A stretch of DNA of 49,575 nt from a virus. Taxonomy: Duplodnaviria; Caudoviricetes. The notes under the pieces are model-generated. The model saw nothing but the letters and a program-made list of their open reading frames with translations, made no database searches and was not told where the DNA came from. The stretch covers positions 1-49,575 of the IMG/VR virus record IMGVR_UViG_3300048855_000175, one strand, 5' to 3'. Of this stretch, positions 16,127-26,375 are shown one piece after another (position 1 is the stretch's first letter; each line of letters opens with the position of its first letter). A program made the translations under genes and the position numbers.

Positions 16127-17637
16127 TGGCGGGCCCCGTCCGGTTCCGGGTTAAGGGCACCCGCCAGTACATCGAGCCGATCCACAAGGCGACCGCCTTC
16201 GACGGCGGCACGCGTGTCGGGCGCGTCGTGCGCTGGGCACCAGCATCCGCCGGGCCGAACGCGATCACGACCGTCGGCCTGCAGACCATCCGCGGCCGGT
16301 CCCGCGACCTCGTCCGCGAGAACGGCTATGCGCAGGCCGGCGTCGAGGCGCTGGTCTCCAACATTGTCGGCTCGGGGATCGTGCCGCAGTTCACGACGCC
16401 GGACGCTGCCTTCAACAAGGAGCTGTCCGCGGCGTTCCTGGAGTGGACCGACGAGGCAGATGCCGACGGCCGGCTCGACTTCTACGGGCTGCAGGCGCTG
16501 GCCGTGCGGTCGATGATCGAAGGTGGCGACGCCTTCGTGCGCATGCGCGTGAGGCTGCCGAGCGACGGGCTGTCGGTCCCCCTGCAGGTTCAGGTCCTCG
16601 AAGCGGAGTATTGCCCCGACGACAAGAACGGGCGGCAGGGCGGCAACGACATCCGCTGCGGCGTCGAGTTCAGCCCGATCGGGCAGCGCGTCGCCTACTG
16701 GCTGACGCGCCAGCATCCGAATGACTGGCTGCCGGGTGGCCTGCTGCCTCGGCAGGAGACCTTCCGCGTGCCGGTGACGGAGGTGGCGCATCTGGCGCTG
16801 GTGTCACGTCCGGGCATGATCCGCGGCGAGCCCTGGCTGGCGCGCGCGCTGGTCAAGCTCCACGACCTCGACGCCTATGACGACGCGCAGCTCATCCGGC
16901 AGAAGATCGCCGCGCTCTTCACCGGGTTCATCCGGCGCGAGTTGCCTGCGACAGAGGGCGACGAGGCGGATCTGTTCGGGCCTCCGGTGGCGGTCGGCGA
17001 CGGTGTCGCGCTCGCCTCGCTGGAGCCCGGCACCATGCAGGTGCTGGACGACGGCGAGAGCATCGACTGGTCCGCACCGCCGAGCCCCGGCGACAACTAC
17101 GAAGAATTCATGGCCCAGCAACTGCGGGGCGTGGCGGCGTCGATCGGCGTCCTCTACGAGCAGCTGACCGGCCACTACAAGGACATGAACGACCGCACGT
17201 TCCGGGCCGCGGTCAACGAGTTCCGCCGGCGCTGCGGTATGTGGCAGCACCACGTCGTCGTCTTCCAGGTCTGCCGGCCGGTCATCAGGCGGTGGGCCGA
17301 GCTCGCCGTGCTCTCTGGGCGCGTGAAGCTGCCGGCGGGGATCTCGCTTGGCATGGTCGCGCGGCCGAAGTGGGTGCCGCAGGGCTGGGCCTACATCAAC
17401 CCGACGCAGGACGTGCAAGCCAAGGAGAACGAGGTCCGCGCCGGCTTCAAGTCGCGCGGCCAGATCGTCTCCGAGGACGGGTACGACGTCGAGCAGGTCG
17501 ACGCCGAGATGGCCGCCGACAACGCACGCGCCGATCGCCTCGGTCTCATTCTTTCCAGCGACGCCCGCCGCACCAGCGGCGCTGGCGTCACCCAGGCCCG
17601 GCCAGCCGGCTCGGAATTTGTCGAGACCGAAACTTAG
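16126..17637 (+). CDS. Portal protein, lambda family
   Basis: RSRDLVREN, DADGRLDFYGLQ, GVEF, RGEPWL. Confidence 0.93.
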   Translation: MAGPVRFRVKGTRQYIEPIHKATAFDGGTRVGRVVRWAPASAGPNAITTVGLQTIRGRSRDLVRENGYAQAGVEALVSNIVGSGIVPQFTTPDAAFNKELSAAFLEWTDEADADGRLDFYGLQALAVRSMIEGGDAFVRMRVRLPSDGLSVPLQVQVLEAEYCPDDKNGRQGGNDIRCGVEFSPIGQRVAYWLTRQHPNDWLPGGLLPRQETFRVPVTEVAHLALVSRPGMIRGEPWLARALVKLHDLDAYDDAQLIRQKIAALFTGFIRRELPATEGDEADLFGPPVAVGDGVALASLEPGTMQVLDDGESIDWSAPPSPGDNYEEFMAQQLRGVAASIGVLYEQLTGHYKDMNDRTFRAAVNEFRRRCGMWQHHVVVFQVCRPVIRRWAELAVLSGRVKLPAGISLGMVARPKWVPQGWAYINPTQDVQAKENEVRAGFKSRGQIVSEDGYDVEQVDAEMAADNARADRLGLILSSDARRTSGAGVTQARPAGSEFVETET

Positions 17638-17648
17638 GAACACCGCAA

Positions 17649-18797
17649 ATGCCCATCCTCGTGGATAGCGAACTCGTGCTCTACGGGTTCGTCGGCGACA
17701 ACCTTTGGGACGAAGGCTTCACCGATCGTGAGGTCCTCGATGCCCTGACCGAAGTCGGCCGCGACACCGATATCGTCGTGCGCGTCAACTCCGGCGGCGG
17801 CTACACCAGCCACGGCAAGGCGATCTTCAACGCCCTGAAGGCGCATCGTGGTCGGGTAACGGTCTCGGTCGACGGCATCGCCGCTTCGGCCGCATCGCTC
17901 CTCGCCATGGCCGGCGACGAGATCATCATGCGGACCGGCTCGCTGATGATGATCCACGATCCGGCGGCTCTGACCGCCGGCACGTCGGCCGATCACCAGA
18001 AGAGCATCGAGTGGCTGGAGGCCGAGGCCGCCGGCTGCGCCTCCATCTACGCCGAGCGCACCGGCAAGCCCGCCGAGGACATGCGCGCCATCATGCTCGC
18101 CGAGACCTGGATGACCGCCGAGGAAGCGGTTGCCGCCGGCTTTGCCGACAAGGCCGACAGCCAGTCCGCCGAGAGCGTCTCGGCCTTCGACTATCGCATC
18201 TACGACCACGCTCCGGGCGCGCTCACCGCGCTCGCGAAGAAACGCTCCTGGAGCCTTTCCAAGGAGCTGAAGGCGGACCCGTCCGCTGCCCCCCGTCAGA
18301 CCAAGGAGAACCCCATGACGGACAAGCCGGCGGGCGAGCCCGCAAAGACCCACACCCAGGCCGACCTCGACGCCGCTGCTTCGGCCTCGAAGCTTTCGGC
18401 GACCGCCGCGGCCAACGCCAACGCTGCGGAGATCGTCACGATCTGCGCCGCTGCCGGCGTCCCTGCCATGGCGGCGAACCTCATCAAGGAAGGCGCCACC
18501 CCCGAGCAGGCCAAGGCCCGCGTCGACGGCGCCAAGGACATCCGCGCCGCGGTGTCGCTCGCCCACAAGTCCTGCTCGGCGATCGAGGAGAGCCTCGCCG
18601 ACACGTTCATCGCCGCCGGCACCTCCCTTGAGGGCGTTCGAGCCGACCTCTTCCAGCGCATGGCCTCGGCCCAGTCGCCGGAGATCAAGAGCGGCCACCA
18701 GGCCGGCACCGGCAGCGACGCCGCCGAGCTCGACAGCGTCGTCGGCAAGATCGTCAGCATGGTTCGCCCGCAGGCGACCGAAAAGAGGAGCGCCTGA
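17649..18797 (+). CDS. ClpP-type prohead protease with C-terminal scaffold
   Basis: VNSGGG, DGIAASAAS, MMIHDP, ETWMTAEEAVAAGFAD. Confidence 0.9.
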   Translation: MPILVDSELVLYGFVGDNLWDEGFTDREVLDALTEVGRDTDIVVRVNSGGGYTSHGKAIFNALKAHRGRVTVSVDGIAASAASLLAMAGDEIIMRTGSLMMIHDPAALTAGTSADHQKSIEWLEAEAAGCASIYAERTGKPAEDMRAIMLAETWMTAEEAVAAGFADKADSQSAESVSAFDYRIYDHAPGALTALAKKRSWSLSKELKADPSAAPRQTKENPMTDKPAGEPAKTHTQADLDAAASASKLSATAAANANAAEIVTICAAAGVPAMAANLIKEGATPEQAKARVDGAKDIRAAVSLAHKSCSAIEESLADTFIAAGTSLEGVRADLFQRMASAQSPEIKSGHQAGTGSDAAELDSVVGKIVSMVRPQATEKRSA

Positions 18798-18798
18798 C

Positions 18799-19170
18799 AT
18801 GGTCGCCAGCTTCACTTCCCAGGGCACGTTCACTCCCGACGGCATTTTCGCCGGCGAGGATGATCCCCAGACCCGCAAGATCACTCTGATCTCCGGCCAG
18901 AACCTCAAGCGCGGCGCGGTGCTCGGAAAGATCACCACGGGTGGCAAATACACCCTCAGCCTGTCGGCCTCGTCCGACGGCTCGCAGACGCCTGCCACCA
19001 TCCTCGGTGAGGACACGGACGCGAGCGGTGGCGACAAGGTCACGATCGCCCACTTCGGCGGCGTGTACGACGAAAACGCCCTGACCTTCGGGACCGGGCA
19101 CACCGCCGCCAGCACGCGCGAGGCACTCCGCGATGTTGGCATCAAGCTCCAGCCCAGCATCGTGAGGTAA
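18799..19170 (+). CDS. Head decoration protein (gpD-like)
   Basis: GQNLKRGAVLGKIT...DGSQ...ILGED; precedes capsid. Confidence 0.85.
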   Translation: MVASFTSQGTFTPDGIFAGEDDPQTRKITLISGQNLKRGAVLGKITTGGKYTLSLSASSDGSQTPATILGEDTDASGGDKVTIAHFGGVYDENALTFGTGHTAASTREALRDVGIKLQPSIVR

Positions 19171-19176
19171 GCCGCA

Positions 19177-20211
19177 ATGGCGCTCGACATCTACAGCCCC
19201 GCGGTGCTCAACCGCGTCGTGCAGGACCTGAAGGCAGACTCCGTCTCCTTCCTGCTCGACACCTTCTTCCCGGAGATCTCGGTCTCCAACCAGGAGGAAA
19301 TCTTCTTCGACGTGCTCAGCGGCAAGCCGCGCCTTGCCCCGTTCGTCTCGCCGCTGGTCGAAGGCCAGATCGTGCAGTCGAACGGCTACGCGACGAAGAG
19401 CTTCAAGCCGGCCTATGTGAAGGACAAGCGCCTTCTCGAGGATGGCAAGCCGATCCGCCGCCGCGCGGGCCAGCCGATCGCCGTCGGCATCGATCCGATG
19501 GACGGGCGCCTCGCGCAGATCGCCACCGAATCCGAAGACCAGATCGCGATGATCAATCGCCGCCTGGAGTGGATGGCTTCGGAAGTGCTGCGCACCGGCG
19601 CCGTCACTGTCTCGGGTGAGAAGTACCCGACGACGGTCGTCGACTTCGGCCGCGACGCCGGCCTCACGGTCACGCTCACCACCACGGCGCGCTGGAATGA
19701 CAGCGCGCCCACGCCGCTGGAGGACCTGGAGACCTGGGCCGGCCTCGTCCGCACGGCTTCGGGCGCCACGCCGACCGACGTCGTCATGTCGCAGGATACC
19801 TGGGCGGCGTTCCGCAAGAACGACGACGTCAAGGAGCTCCTCGACCAGGGCAGCAACCTGAGCCCCCGCTCCAATGCGGACCTCGGCCCGCGTGCCTTCG
19901 AGATGGGCGCCACCCTCGTTGCCCAGATCGGTGCCTTCCGCATCTGGGTCTATGCGGACAGCTACATCAGCGATGCCGGCGCCTCGGCGAACTACATCCC
20001 GAGCGGCTACCTCCTGATGGCCTCCGCGCAGCTCGAAGGCGTCCGCCACTTCGGCGCCATCAAGGACGAGACCGCCGGCTTCCAGGCGCTGGACTACTAC
20101 CAGAAGTCCTGGACCCAGCCCGACCCCGCCGGCCGCTACCTCATGCTCCAGTCGGCGCCGCTGGTGGTGCCGTACCGGGTGAACGCAACCCTCTCCGCAA
20201 AGGTGTTCTGA
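19177..20211 (+). CDS. Major capsid protein (lambda gpE family)
   Basis: FLLDTFF, LAPFVSP, RRLEWMA, QSAPL. Confidence 0.93.
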   Translation: MALDIYSPAVLNRVVQDLKADSVSFLLDTFFPEISVSNQEEIFFDVLSGKPRLAPFVSPLVEGQIVQSNGYATKSFKPAYVKDKRLLEDGKPIRRRAGQPIAVGIDPMDGRLAQIATESEDQIAMINRRLEWMASEVLRTGAVTVSGEKYPTTVVDFGRDAGLTVTLTTTARWNDSAPTPLEDLETWAGLVRTASGATPTDVVMSQDTWAAFRKNDDVKELLDQGSNLSPRSNADLGPRAFEMGATLVAQIGAFRIWVYADSYISDAGASANYIPSGYLLMASAQLEGVRHFGAIKDETAGFQALDYYQKSWTQPDPAGRYLMLQSAPLVVPYRVNATLSAKVF

Positions 20212-20214
20212 GCC

Positions 20215-20499
20215 ATGAAGCTCATCGCAAAGACTACCATCCACCTCGGCCGCGGCCGCGACAAGGAGACGAAGAAGACGCTCGCCTCCACCATCGTGTC
20301 GCCGGGCGAGGAGTTCGACCTCGACGACAACGACGAGATCGAGCGCCTGACGGCCATGGGCGCCGCCGAGCGCAAGACCCGCAAGGTTGCCGACGATACC
20401 GACGGCAAGGCGCCGGCTGCCAAAGCCGCCGCCAACAAGCCCGCGGCAACGCCGCCCGGCGCTCCTGCGGCTCCGGCCGGACCGAACCCACAGACGTAA
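20215..20499 (+). CDS. Hypothetical protein (gpFI position)
   Basis: Synteny; Ala/Pro-rich tail. Confidence 0.6.
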   Translation: MKLIAKTTIHLGRGRDKETKKTLASTIVSPGEEFDLDDNDEIERLTAMGAAERKTRKVADDTDGKAPAAKAAANKPAATPPGAPAAPAGPNPQT

Positions 20500-20520
20500 A
20501 CCGTCCGCGAACACGACACG

Positions 20521-20546
20521 AAGGGCGGCCGCTGCGCCGCCCTTTC
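20521..20546 (+). terminator. Hairpin, putative terminator after head genes
   Basis: AAGGGCGGC-CGCTGC-GCCGCCCTT, short T run. Confidence 0.45.
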
Positions 20547-20562
20547 GTATGGGAGAAACCGG

Positions 20563-20856
20563 ATGGACTTCGGGCTGCTCAACAACGCCGTCACGGCTGT
20601 GTTCGGTGAGCCGATCACCATCCTCCTGGACGACGGGAACCGTGTCGTCACCGGCATCTACGATAGCCGCTACTACGCCGTGGAAGAGGGTGAGCAGGGC
20701 GCCTCCAGCCTCATCACCACCGTCGCGCTGAAGGCTGCCGACGCCGAAGGCGTGCTCGTCGACGGGCGGCTGATCGCCCGCGGCATCACCTACTCCATCG
20801 CCGACAGGCGCCCCGACGGCCAGGGCATGGTCGTGCTCGAACTGGATCGCACCTGA
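20563..20856 (+). CDS. Head-tail joining protein (gpFII-like)
   Basis: FGEP...PDGQGMVVLEL; synteny. Confidence 0.75.
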   Translation: MDFGLLNNAVTAVFGEPITILLDDGNRVVTGIYDSRYYAVEEGEQGASSLITTVALKAADAEGVLVDGRLIARGITYSIADRRPDGQGMVVLELDRT

Positions 20857-21281
20857 TGCCGCATCATCGCCAACGCATTCGCGAGGGCATCGCCGCCGCG
20901 CTCGGATCGATGCCGGCGCTCGCGGGCCGCGTCTACACCATGCGGGTGCGGCGCACCCAGCCGGAAGAACTGCCGGTCGTTCTCGTCTACGCGCTGCAGG
21001 AGGAATCCGCGCGCGTCGCCAAAAGCCTCGACCGGCGCCTGTCGGTCGCCATCGAAATTCGCTCGGCCGTCGCCCACGACCTCGACGACCGTCTCGACGA
21101 CCTCGCCATCTATGTCGAGGCCGCCGTCATGGCCGATCCCAAGATCGGGCTTCTCGCCATCGACACCGTCCTCCGCAGCACCGCCATCGGGCTCGACGGA
21201 GAAGGCGAAAGCCAGCACGGCGTCGCCGTCCTCAACTTCGAAGTGAACTACCGCACCGACCCGGCAAACCCGGCGGGCTGA
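20856..21281 (+). CDS. Tail terminator (gpU-like)
   Basis: HHRQRIREGI...ELPVVLVY; synteny. Confidence 0.7.
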   Translation: MPHHRQRIREGIAAALGSMPALAGRVYTMRVRRTQPEELPVVLVYALQEESARVAKSLDRRLSVAIEIRSAVAHDLDDRLDDLAIYVEAAVMADPKIGLLAIDTVLRSTAIGLDGEGESQHGVAVLNFEVNYRTDPANPAG

Positions 21282-21297
21282 ACCAGGAGACACAAGA

Positions 21298-21768
21298 ATG
21301 GCCGTCAATACCGCCGCAGGCGCTACGCTTTCGATCGGTCCGGTTGCCGCCGCGACCATCGACACCATCGCAGAGTTCGAGGCACTCACCTTCGTCGAGG
21401 TTGGCGAGGTCGAAGATCTCGGTGAGTTCGGCGACGAAGCATCGGAGATCACCTTCACGCCGCTGTCCGAGCGCCGCGTCCGGAAATATAAAGGCTCCTT
21501 CAACGCGGGCACCATGGCGGTGACCTGCGGCTCCGATCCTGCGGACGTTGGTCAGGCCGCCATGATCGCCGCCTTCGCCAGCGATCTCGACTACGCGTTC
21601 CAGGTGACGCTGAACGACCAGCTGACGCTCGCTGGCACGCCCACGATCCTCTATTACCGCGGCAAGGTGATGTCGAAGCGCCGGAACGTCGGCAACGTCG
21701 AGAACGTCGTTCGCCAGTCGTTCAACATCGGCATCAACAGCGAGATCCTTGAGGACCCGGCAACCTGA
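21298..21768 (+). CDS. Tail tube protein
   Basis: GEVEDLGEFGD...KYKGSFNAG. Confidence 0.85.
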   Translation: MAVNTAAGATLSIGPVAAATIDTIAEFEALTFVEVGEVEDLGEFGDEASEITFTPLSERRVRKYKGSFNAGTMAVTCGSDPADVGQAAMIAAFASDLDYAFQVTLNDQLTLAGTPTILYYRGKVMSKRRNVGNVENVVRQSFNIGINSEILEDPAT

Positions 21769-21833
21769 CGAACCGCTGCCCAACGGCCGACGGTTCGACC
21801 ATCCCCGCACAGCCTTTCTCCCAGGAAACATCC

Positions 21834-22217
21834 ATGAGCTCGCAAAAGAAACCGTCCGTCGTCCTCGGCGATGGCGAAGTCACTTTGTCGCTGAACGGCC
21901 AAGACGTGACGCTCCGGCCGACCCTCCGGGCCGCGAAAGCGATCAACTCCCAATACGGTGGTTTCGTCGGCATCTACCAGCGCATCGCAGGCCTCGACAT
22001 GGCCGCTTATGTCGCCGTCATCGCTGCCGGCCTAGGCAAGTCGACCGCCGCCGAGATCGAGCTGATCGAGGAAGGCGTCTTCCGCGAGGGCATGGAGAAC
22101 CTCGCCAAGCCCATCGGCGAGTTCGTGACCGCTCTCGCGAGCGGCGGCCGCCGCAAGGACCCCGCCGAGGACGAAGCTGATGGCGAAGATGAGGACCCCA
22201 AGACGGGGGAAGACTAA
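21834..22217 (+). CDS. Tail assembly chaperone (gpG-like)
   Basis: Synteny; ends with slippery GGGGGAA. Confidence 0.8.
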   Translation: MSSQKKPSVVLGDGEVTLSLNGQDVTLRPTLRAAKAINSQYGGFVGIYQRIAGLDMAAYVAVIAAGLGKSTAAEIELIEEGVFREGMENLAKPIGEFVTALASGGRRKDPAEDEADGEDEDPKTGED

Positions 22218-22459
22218 GCCACGAGGACTATCACTCGTGGCTTTTCGCTAAGGCGACCGGCTGGTGCGGATGGTCTGAGGCAGAAGCCTTGGACGCCACC
22301 ATGCCGGCCATCCTCCTCGCCTATGAGGGCAAGGTCGAAATGCTGAAGGCAATCTTTGGCGGTGGCGAGCCGGAAAAGCCGAGGCCGAGCGCGCTCGACC
22401 TCCGCACATTTGCCAGGACCCATAACGCACTTCGCAGTGCTGGCCGGATCAAAGACTGA
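22205..22459 (+). CDS. -1 frameshift extension of the chaperone (gpT-like)
   Basis: The -1 frame reads ...ATGWCGWSEAEALDAT... and stops at TGA overlapping the TMP ATG. Confidence 0.75.
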   Translation, partial: GGRLSHEDYHSWLFAKATGWCGWSEAEALDATMPAILLAYEGKVEMLKAIFGGGEPEKPRPSALDLRTFARTHNALRSAGRIKD

Positions 22460-25400
22460 TGGCGATCGCACCTCTCCGCGTACCTATCACGGGCGACGAG
22501 CGGGGCCTTAGGGCTGCGCTCGGTCGTTCGCGCGCGGAGCTCGGCTCGTTCTCGCAGAAGGCCTCTCGGGATCTTCAAGCCGTAGAGGGGCGCTTCGCGG
22601 CGATGGCCGGCAGCGCACGGATGGCGATGGGGGTCCTTGCCGGCGTGGGGATCGCCAGCATCGGCGGGTCCATCATTCGGACGGCAGCTGAGTTCGAGCG
22701 CCTGCGCGGCTCGCTGGTGACCGTCACCGGATCTGCGGTGTCCGCGCAGCGCGCCTTCGCCGACATTCGCGAGTTCGCTGCTCGCACGCCGTTCGACGTT
22801 GCGCAGGTGACGACTGCCTTCATCCGTCTCAAGGCGCTCGGACTCGACCCGTCGGTGGAAGCGCTGACGTCCTACGGCAACACGTCGAGCGCGATGGGGC
22901 GGAACCTCCTCGACTTCGTCGAGGCCGTCGCCGACGCGGTCACGGGCGAGAACGAGCGCCTGAAGGAGTTCGGTATCCGGGCGAGCGTCGCCGGCGACCA
23001 AGTCACCTACACCTTCCAAGGCGTCAGCACGACGGTCGCGAACAACGCCCGGGACATCGAGGCGTACCTTCGCCGGATCGGCAACGTGCAGTTCGCCGGC
23101 GCCATGGATCAGCAGGCGCAGGGCCTCAATGGCGCTCTCTCGAACCTTGGCGATGCAGCGGCGAATGTGGCCGACGCCATGGGGCAGGGCGGGCTCGCCT
23201 CCGCAGTGGCGGAGGCCGCAAGGGCAATGTCCGATGCGATGACCGCGTCGGAAAATTGGGCGACGCGTCTCGGTGGGCTGTTTGGCGAAACCCTGACGCG
23301 TGACCTTGCGGACCTGCAGGGGATCGTCAGGGCCCTTCAGTGGATCGAAGACAACGCGCCGGACGGTGCCGGCTCGATGGCGGACGCCTCCTGGTCGGTT
23401 AATCCGATGAGGGCCATTGAAGCCCTTACTGCGCCGCCCGATCTTCAGGGCCGCATCTTCACGCTCGAAGCGCAGATCCAGTCGATCGAGCGGCGCGCTC
23501 CCGAGGCGATGACAGCCGACCTTGAGGCGAGGCTGCAAAGCCTTCGGCGGCAGCTCGATGATCTCACGGCCGGACGCCCCGGCATCGGGTCGGACTGGCG
23601 CTTCTCCTCGACTGGAGCCCCAACTGGCCGAGCGCCGACCGGCATCGGAAGTGACAGCCGCTATCCTGTAACGCTCTATCCGGATGCGCCGCTACCATCG
23701 ACTGCTCCTCATCGCGACCTGACCAGCGACTTCGGCGTCGATGCTGCGAGGACGGCCGATGACCTCACCCGGAGCATTGCCGATCTCCGGACCGAACTGC
23801 AGTTCGAGGGAGAGCAACTCCAGCGCACGGCGCGCGAGCAGGCTGCGCACAATGCACTCCGACGCGCCGGTGTCAGCGAGAACCATGCTCTGGCGGCGTC
23901 CATCATGGATTCCGCGCGCGCCCTCTACGACATGCAGACGGCCAGCGAGGCCGAACGGACCGCGCTTTCCGAGCTTCACGACAAGCTCGACGAGATGCGT
24001 GACATCGGACGCGACGTGTTTGGAGGCTTCTTTGACGACTTGAAGAATGGCGTCAAGCCAATCGACGCCGTGACGAACGCGCTGAAGCGTCTCGCCGATC
24101 GGCTGATGGACTTCGCCCTCGACGGGGTGCTTGACGCTCTATTCGGCAAGCAAGGCACGAGTGGCACCGGCCTCATCGGCGGCTGGCTAGCGAGCCTCAT
24201 GGGCATCGACACTGGCGCTGGTGGACAGTCCGGCGGCGCCGGTGGGGGCATCGTCGGTGCTGCCATCACGCGCTCCCTCGGCGCGTCGAACGACAACACT
24301 GCCGGCGGCTACTCCGGCCTCGCGGCCCCGGTCACGGCGGTCCAGCGCGCTGCCCTGCCGGCCATCTCCTCGGCGGCCCCCGGCAACACGCTGCAGATCG
24401 CACAGCGTGTGAACATGGCCGTCGACGAGCGCCTCGTCGACATCCTTCAGACGGCCGCCAGCCAGTTCGGCTCGCAGGTCGAGGTAATCTCCGGCATGCG
24501 GCCGGGCGATCCACGCTTCCATGGCCGCGGTCAGGCGATGGACGTGCAGATCCTCGATCAGGCCGGCAACGCCATCCCGAACTATCAGAGCGGGCCGCAC
24601 TTCCGGCAGTACGAGCAGTTCGCCCAGACCGCACGCAGCGTGCAGATGGCGAAGTACCCGGAGCTCAACGACCAGTTCCGCTGGGGCGGCTACTTCTCCG
24701 GTCGGCCCGGCACCTACGGCGCCATGGACACGATGCACTTCGACACGGGCGGCGCCGGCATGGGCGGCGGCTCGTGGCAGGGCGGCCTCAACCGGACGCA
24801 GATGGGCTACTATCCCGGCGCTGAGAGCGTCGGCATGGGATCGGCAAACCAGGCGCTGGAAAGCCTGACCACCACGGCCGACAGCGCCTCGACCTCACTT
24901 TCCTCCTTCGGCAGCGGCATCGGCAATGCCGCTGGCCAATTGCCGGAGTTCAGCAAGGGTATCGGCTCCGCGGCTACCGGCCTCGACGGTCTCGGCAGTG
25001 GTCTCTCTTCGTTCGGCTCGAAGCTCGGAGCGATGGACATCGGCGGGGGAGGGGGTCTTCTCTCCGGTCTCGGCGGCTCCATCATCAAGTTGGCGCCAGC
25101 TATTGGCGGCCTTTACGCAAAGGGAGGCATCGCGAACGAGGCGTCGATCTTCGGCGAGGCTGGGCCCGAGGCGGCCGTGCCGCTGCCGGACGGCCGCCGC
25201 ATCCCCGTCGACCTCCGCATGGACGGCCCAGGATGGCGCGGAGATCTCGCGCGCATCGGTCGCAACTCCGATCTCGATGCTCCTAATTTCCGCGACATTA
25301 TGGGCCAGATCGGCAAGCTCTCCGGGCCCAGCTGGACGCGCGAGCGCACGGCCGTCGACATCAGCGTATCGGTCGACGACGACGGCAAGGTCAAAGCCTA

Positions 25401-25536
25401 TGTCCAGAAGGAGGCGCGATCGATCGCCACCGAGACGACCTCGGCGGGCCTCGCCGGTTTTGAGGAGAACCTCGGGCGGACTTGGGGAGCGCGTACCGAC
25501 CGGGCCAAGCGCGGCCGCATGATGAAGACCGGGTAG
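22459..25536 (+). CDS. Tape measure protein with an embedded M15-like peptidase domain
   Basis: FAARTPFDV..., Ala/Gly-rich, GEAGPEAAVPL; HGRGQAMD...WGG...MHFD. Confidence 0.9.
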   Translation: MAIAPLRVPITGDERGLRAALGRSRAELGSFSQKASRDLQAVEGRFAAMAGSARMAMGVLAGVGIASIGGSIIRTAAEFERLRGSLVTVTGSAVSAQRAFADIREFAARTPFDVAQVTTAFIRLKALGLDPSVEALTSYGNTSSAMGRNLLDFVEAVADAVTGENERLKEFGIRASVAGDQVTYTFQGVSTTVANNARDIEAYLRRIGNVQFAGAMDQQAQGLNGALSNLGDAAANVADAMGQGGLASAVAEAARAMSDAMTASENWATRLGGLFGETLTRDLADLQGIVRALQWIEDNAPDGAGSMADASWSVNPMRAIEALTAPPDLQGRIFTLEAQIQSIERRAPEAMTADLEARLQSLRRQLDDLTAGRPGIGSDWRFSSTGAPTGRAPTGIGSDSRYPVTLYPDAPLPSTAPHRDLTSDFGVDAARTADDLTRSIADLRTELQFEGEQLQRTAREQAAHNALRRAGVSENHALAASIMDSARALYDMQTASEAERTALSELHDKLDEMRDIGRDVFGGFFDDLKNGVKPIDAVTNALKRLADRLMDFALDGVLDALFGKQGTSGTGLIGGWLASLMGIDTGAGGQSGGAGGGIVGAAITRSLGASNDNTAGGYSGLAAPVTAVQRAALPAISSAAPGNTLQIAQRVNMAVDERLVDILQTAASQFGSQVEVISGMRPGDPRFHGRGQAMDVQILDQAGNAIPNYQSGPHFRQYEQFAQTARSVQMAKYPELNDQFRWGGYFSGRPGTYGAMDTMHFDTGGAGMGGGSWQGGLNRTQMGYYPGAESVGMGSANQALESLTTTADSASTSLSSFGSGIGNAAGQLPEFSKGIGSAATGLDGLGSGLSSFGSKLGAMDIGGGGGLLSGLGGSIIKLAPAIGGLYAKGGIANEASIFGEAGPEAAVPLPDGRRIPVDLRMDGPGWRGDLARIGRNSDLDAPNFRDIMGQIGKLSGPSWTRERTAVDISVSVDDDGKVKAYVQKEARSIATETTSAGLAGFEENLGRTWGARTDRAKRGRMMKTG

Positions 25537-25542
25537 GGGCTG

Positions 25543-26187
25543 ATGGTCCTGACCTTTCCCCTGTCGGCAACGACCTTCTTCTCGCGGATCGATATCGAAG
25601 CCGTCACGTTCATCCCATCCTGGGGCCAGGAGTTCTCCGGCCTTCAGGGCGGCACGATCATCGTGAAGGACCGCCGCCCGGCGCTCTGGACGGCGGCTGT
25701 GCAGAGCAACCCCATCCCGAACGACGATGCCGTCGCCATCGAGGCGCTGATCAACGCCATGGGCGGGTCGCTGCAGTCTTTCCACATTTGGAATCCGAAG
25801 CGGCAGTATCCCCGGGCCGACCCAAAAGGGACCATCCTTGGGGCGAGCACCCCCACCATCCTGTCGCTCAACGTCGACAACCGCCGGCTGGCGCTGACGG
25901 GCCTGCCCCCCGGCTACGTGCTGTCTGTCGGCGACTTCCTCGCCTTCACCTATTCGACGACCCGGCGGGCGCTGCACCAGGTGGTCGAGTCCGTCACGGC
26001 CAACGGCAGCGGCGTCACCGCCCAATTCGAGGTGACGCCGCACATTCGGACGGGTGCGACCGCCGGCGCCGCCGTGGCCCTCGCCCGTCCCAGCGCGATC
26101 ATGCGGATCGTCCCTGGCAGCTACGACGCGCCCTCGGCCGGACCGCTGCACTCGACTGTCCGTTTCAACGCCATCCAGGTCATTTGA
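25543..26187 (+). CDS. Distal tail protein (Dit-like)
   Basis: Follows the TMP; GLPPGYVLSVGDFL. Confidence 0.65.
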   Translation: MVLTFPLSATTFFSRIDIEAVTFIPSWGQEFSGLQGGTIIVKDRRPALWTAAVQSNPIPNDDAVAIEALINAMGGSLQSFHIWNPKRQYPRADPKGTILGASTPTILSLNVDNRRLALTGLPPGYVLSVGDFLAFTYSTTRRALHQVVESVTANGSGVTAQFEVTPHIRTGATAGAAVALARPSAIMRIVPGSYDAPSAGPLHSTVRFNAIQVI

Positions 26188-26198
26188 AGGAGCGCATC

Positions 26199-26375
26199 AT
26201 GGCAGCAAAGAAGAAGCTTCTCGTCACGTTCAAGGCCTCCACCGGCCGCCCGCCGAAGGAGTATGAGGCCGACGACTTCGACACGCACGGGTCCGGCACG
26301 ATCCTCCGCGCCGCGGACGGCAGGCTGGTCGCCTCCTGGGCGGACGGCGTCGTCGAGAGCGTGGAACCCGCCTGA
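26199..26375 (+). CDS. Small hypothetical protein (MAAKKKLL...)
   Basis: AAGGAG RBS; TGATG coupling. Confidence 0.6.
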   Translation: MAAKKKLLVTFKASTGRPPKEYEADDFDTHGSGTILRAADGRLVASWADGVVESVEPA

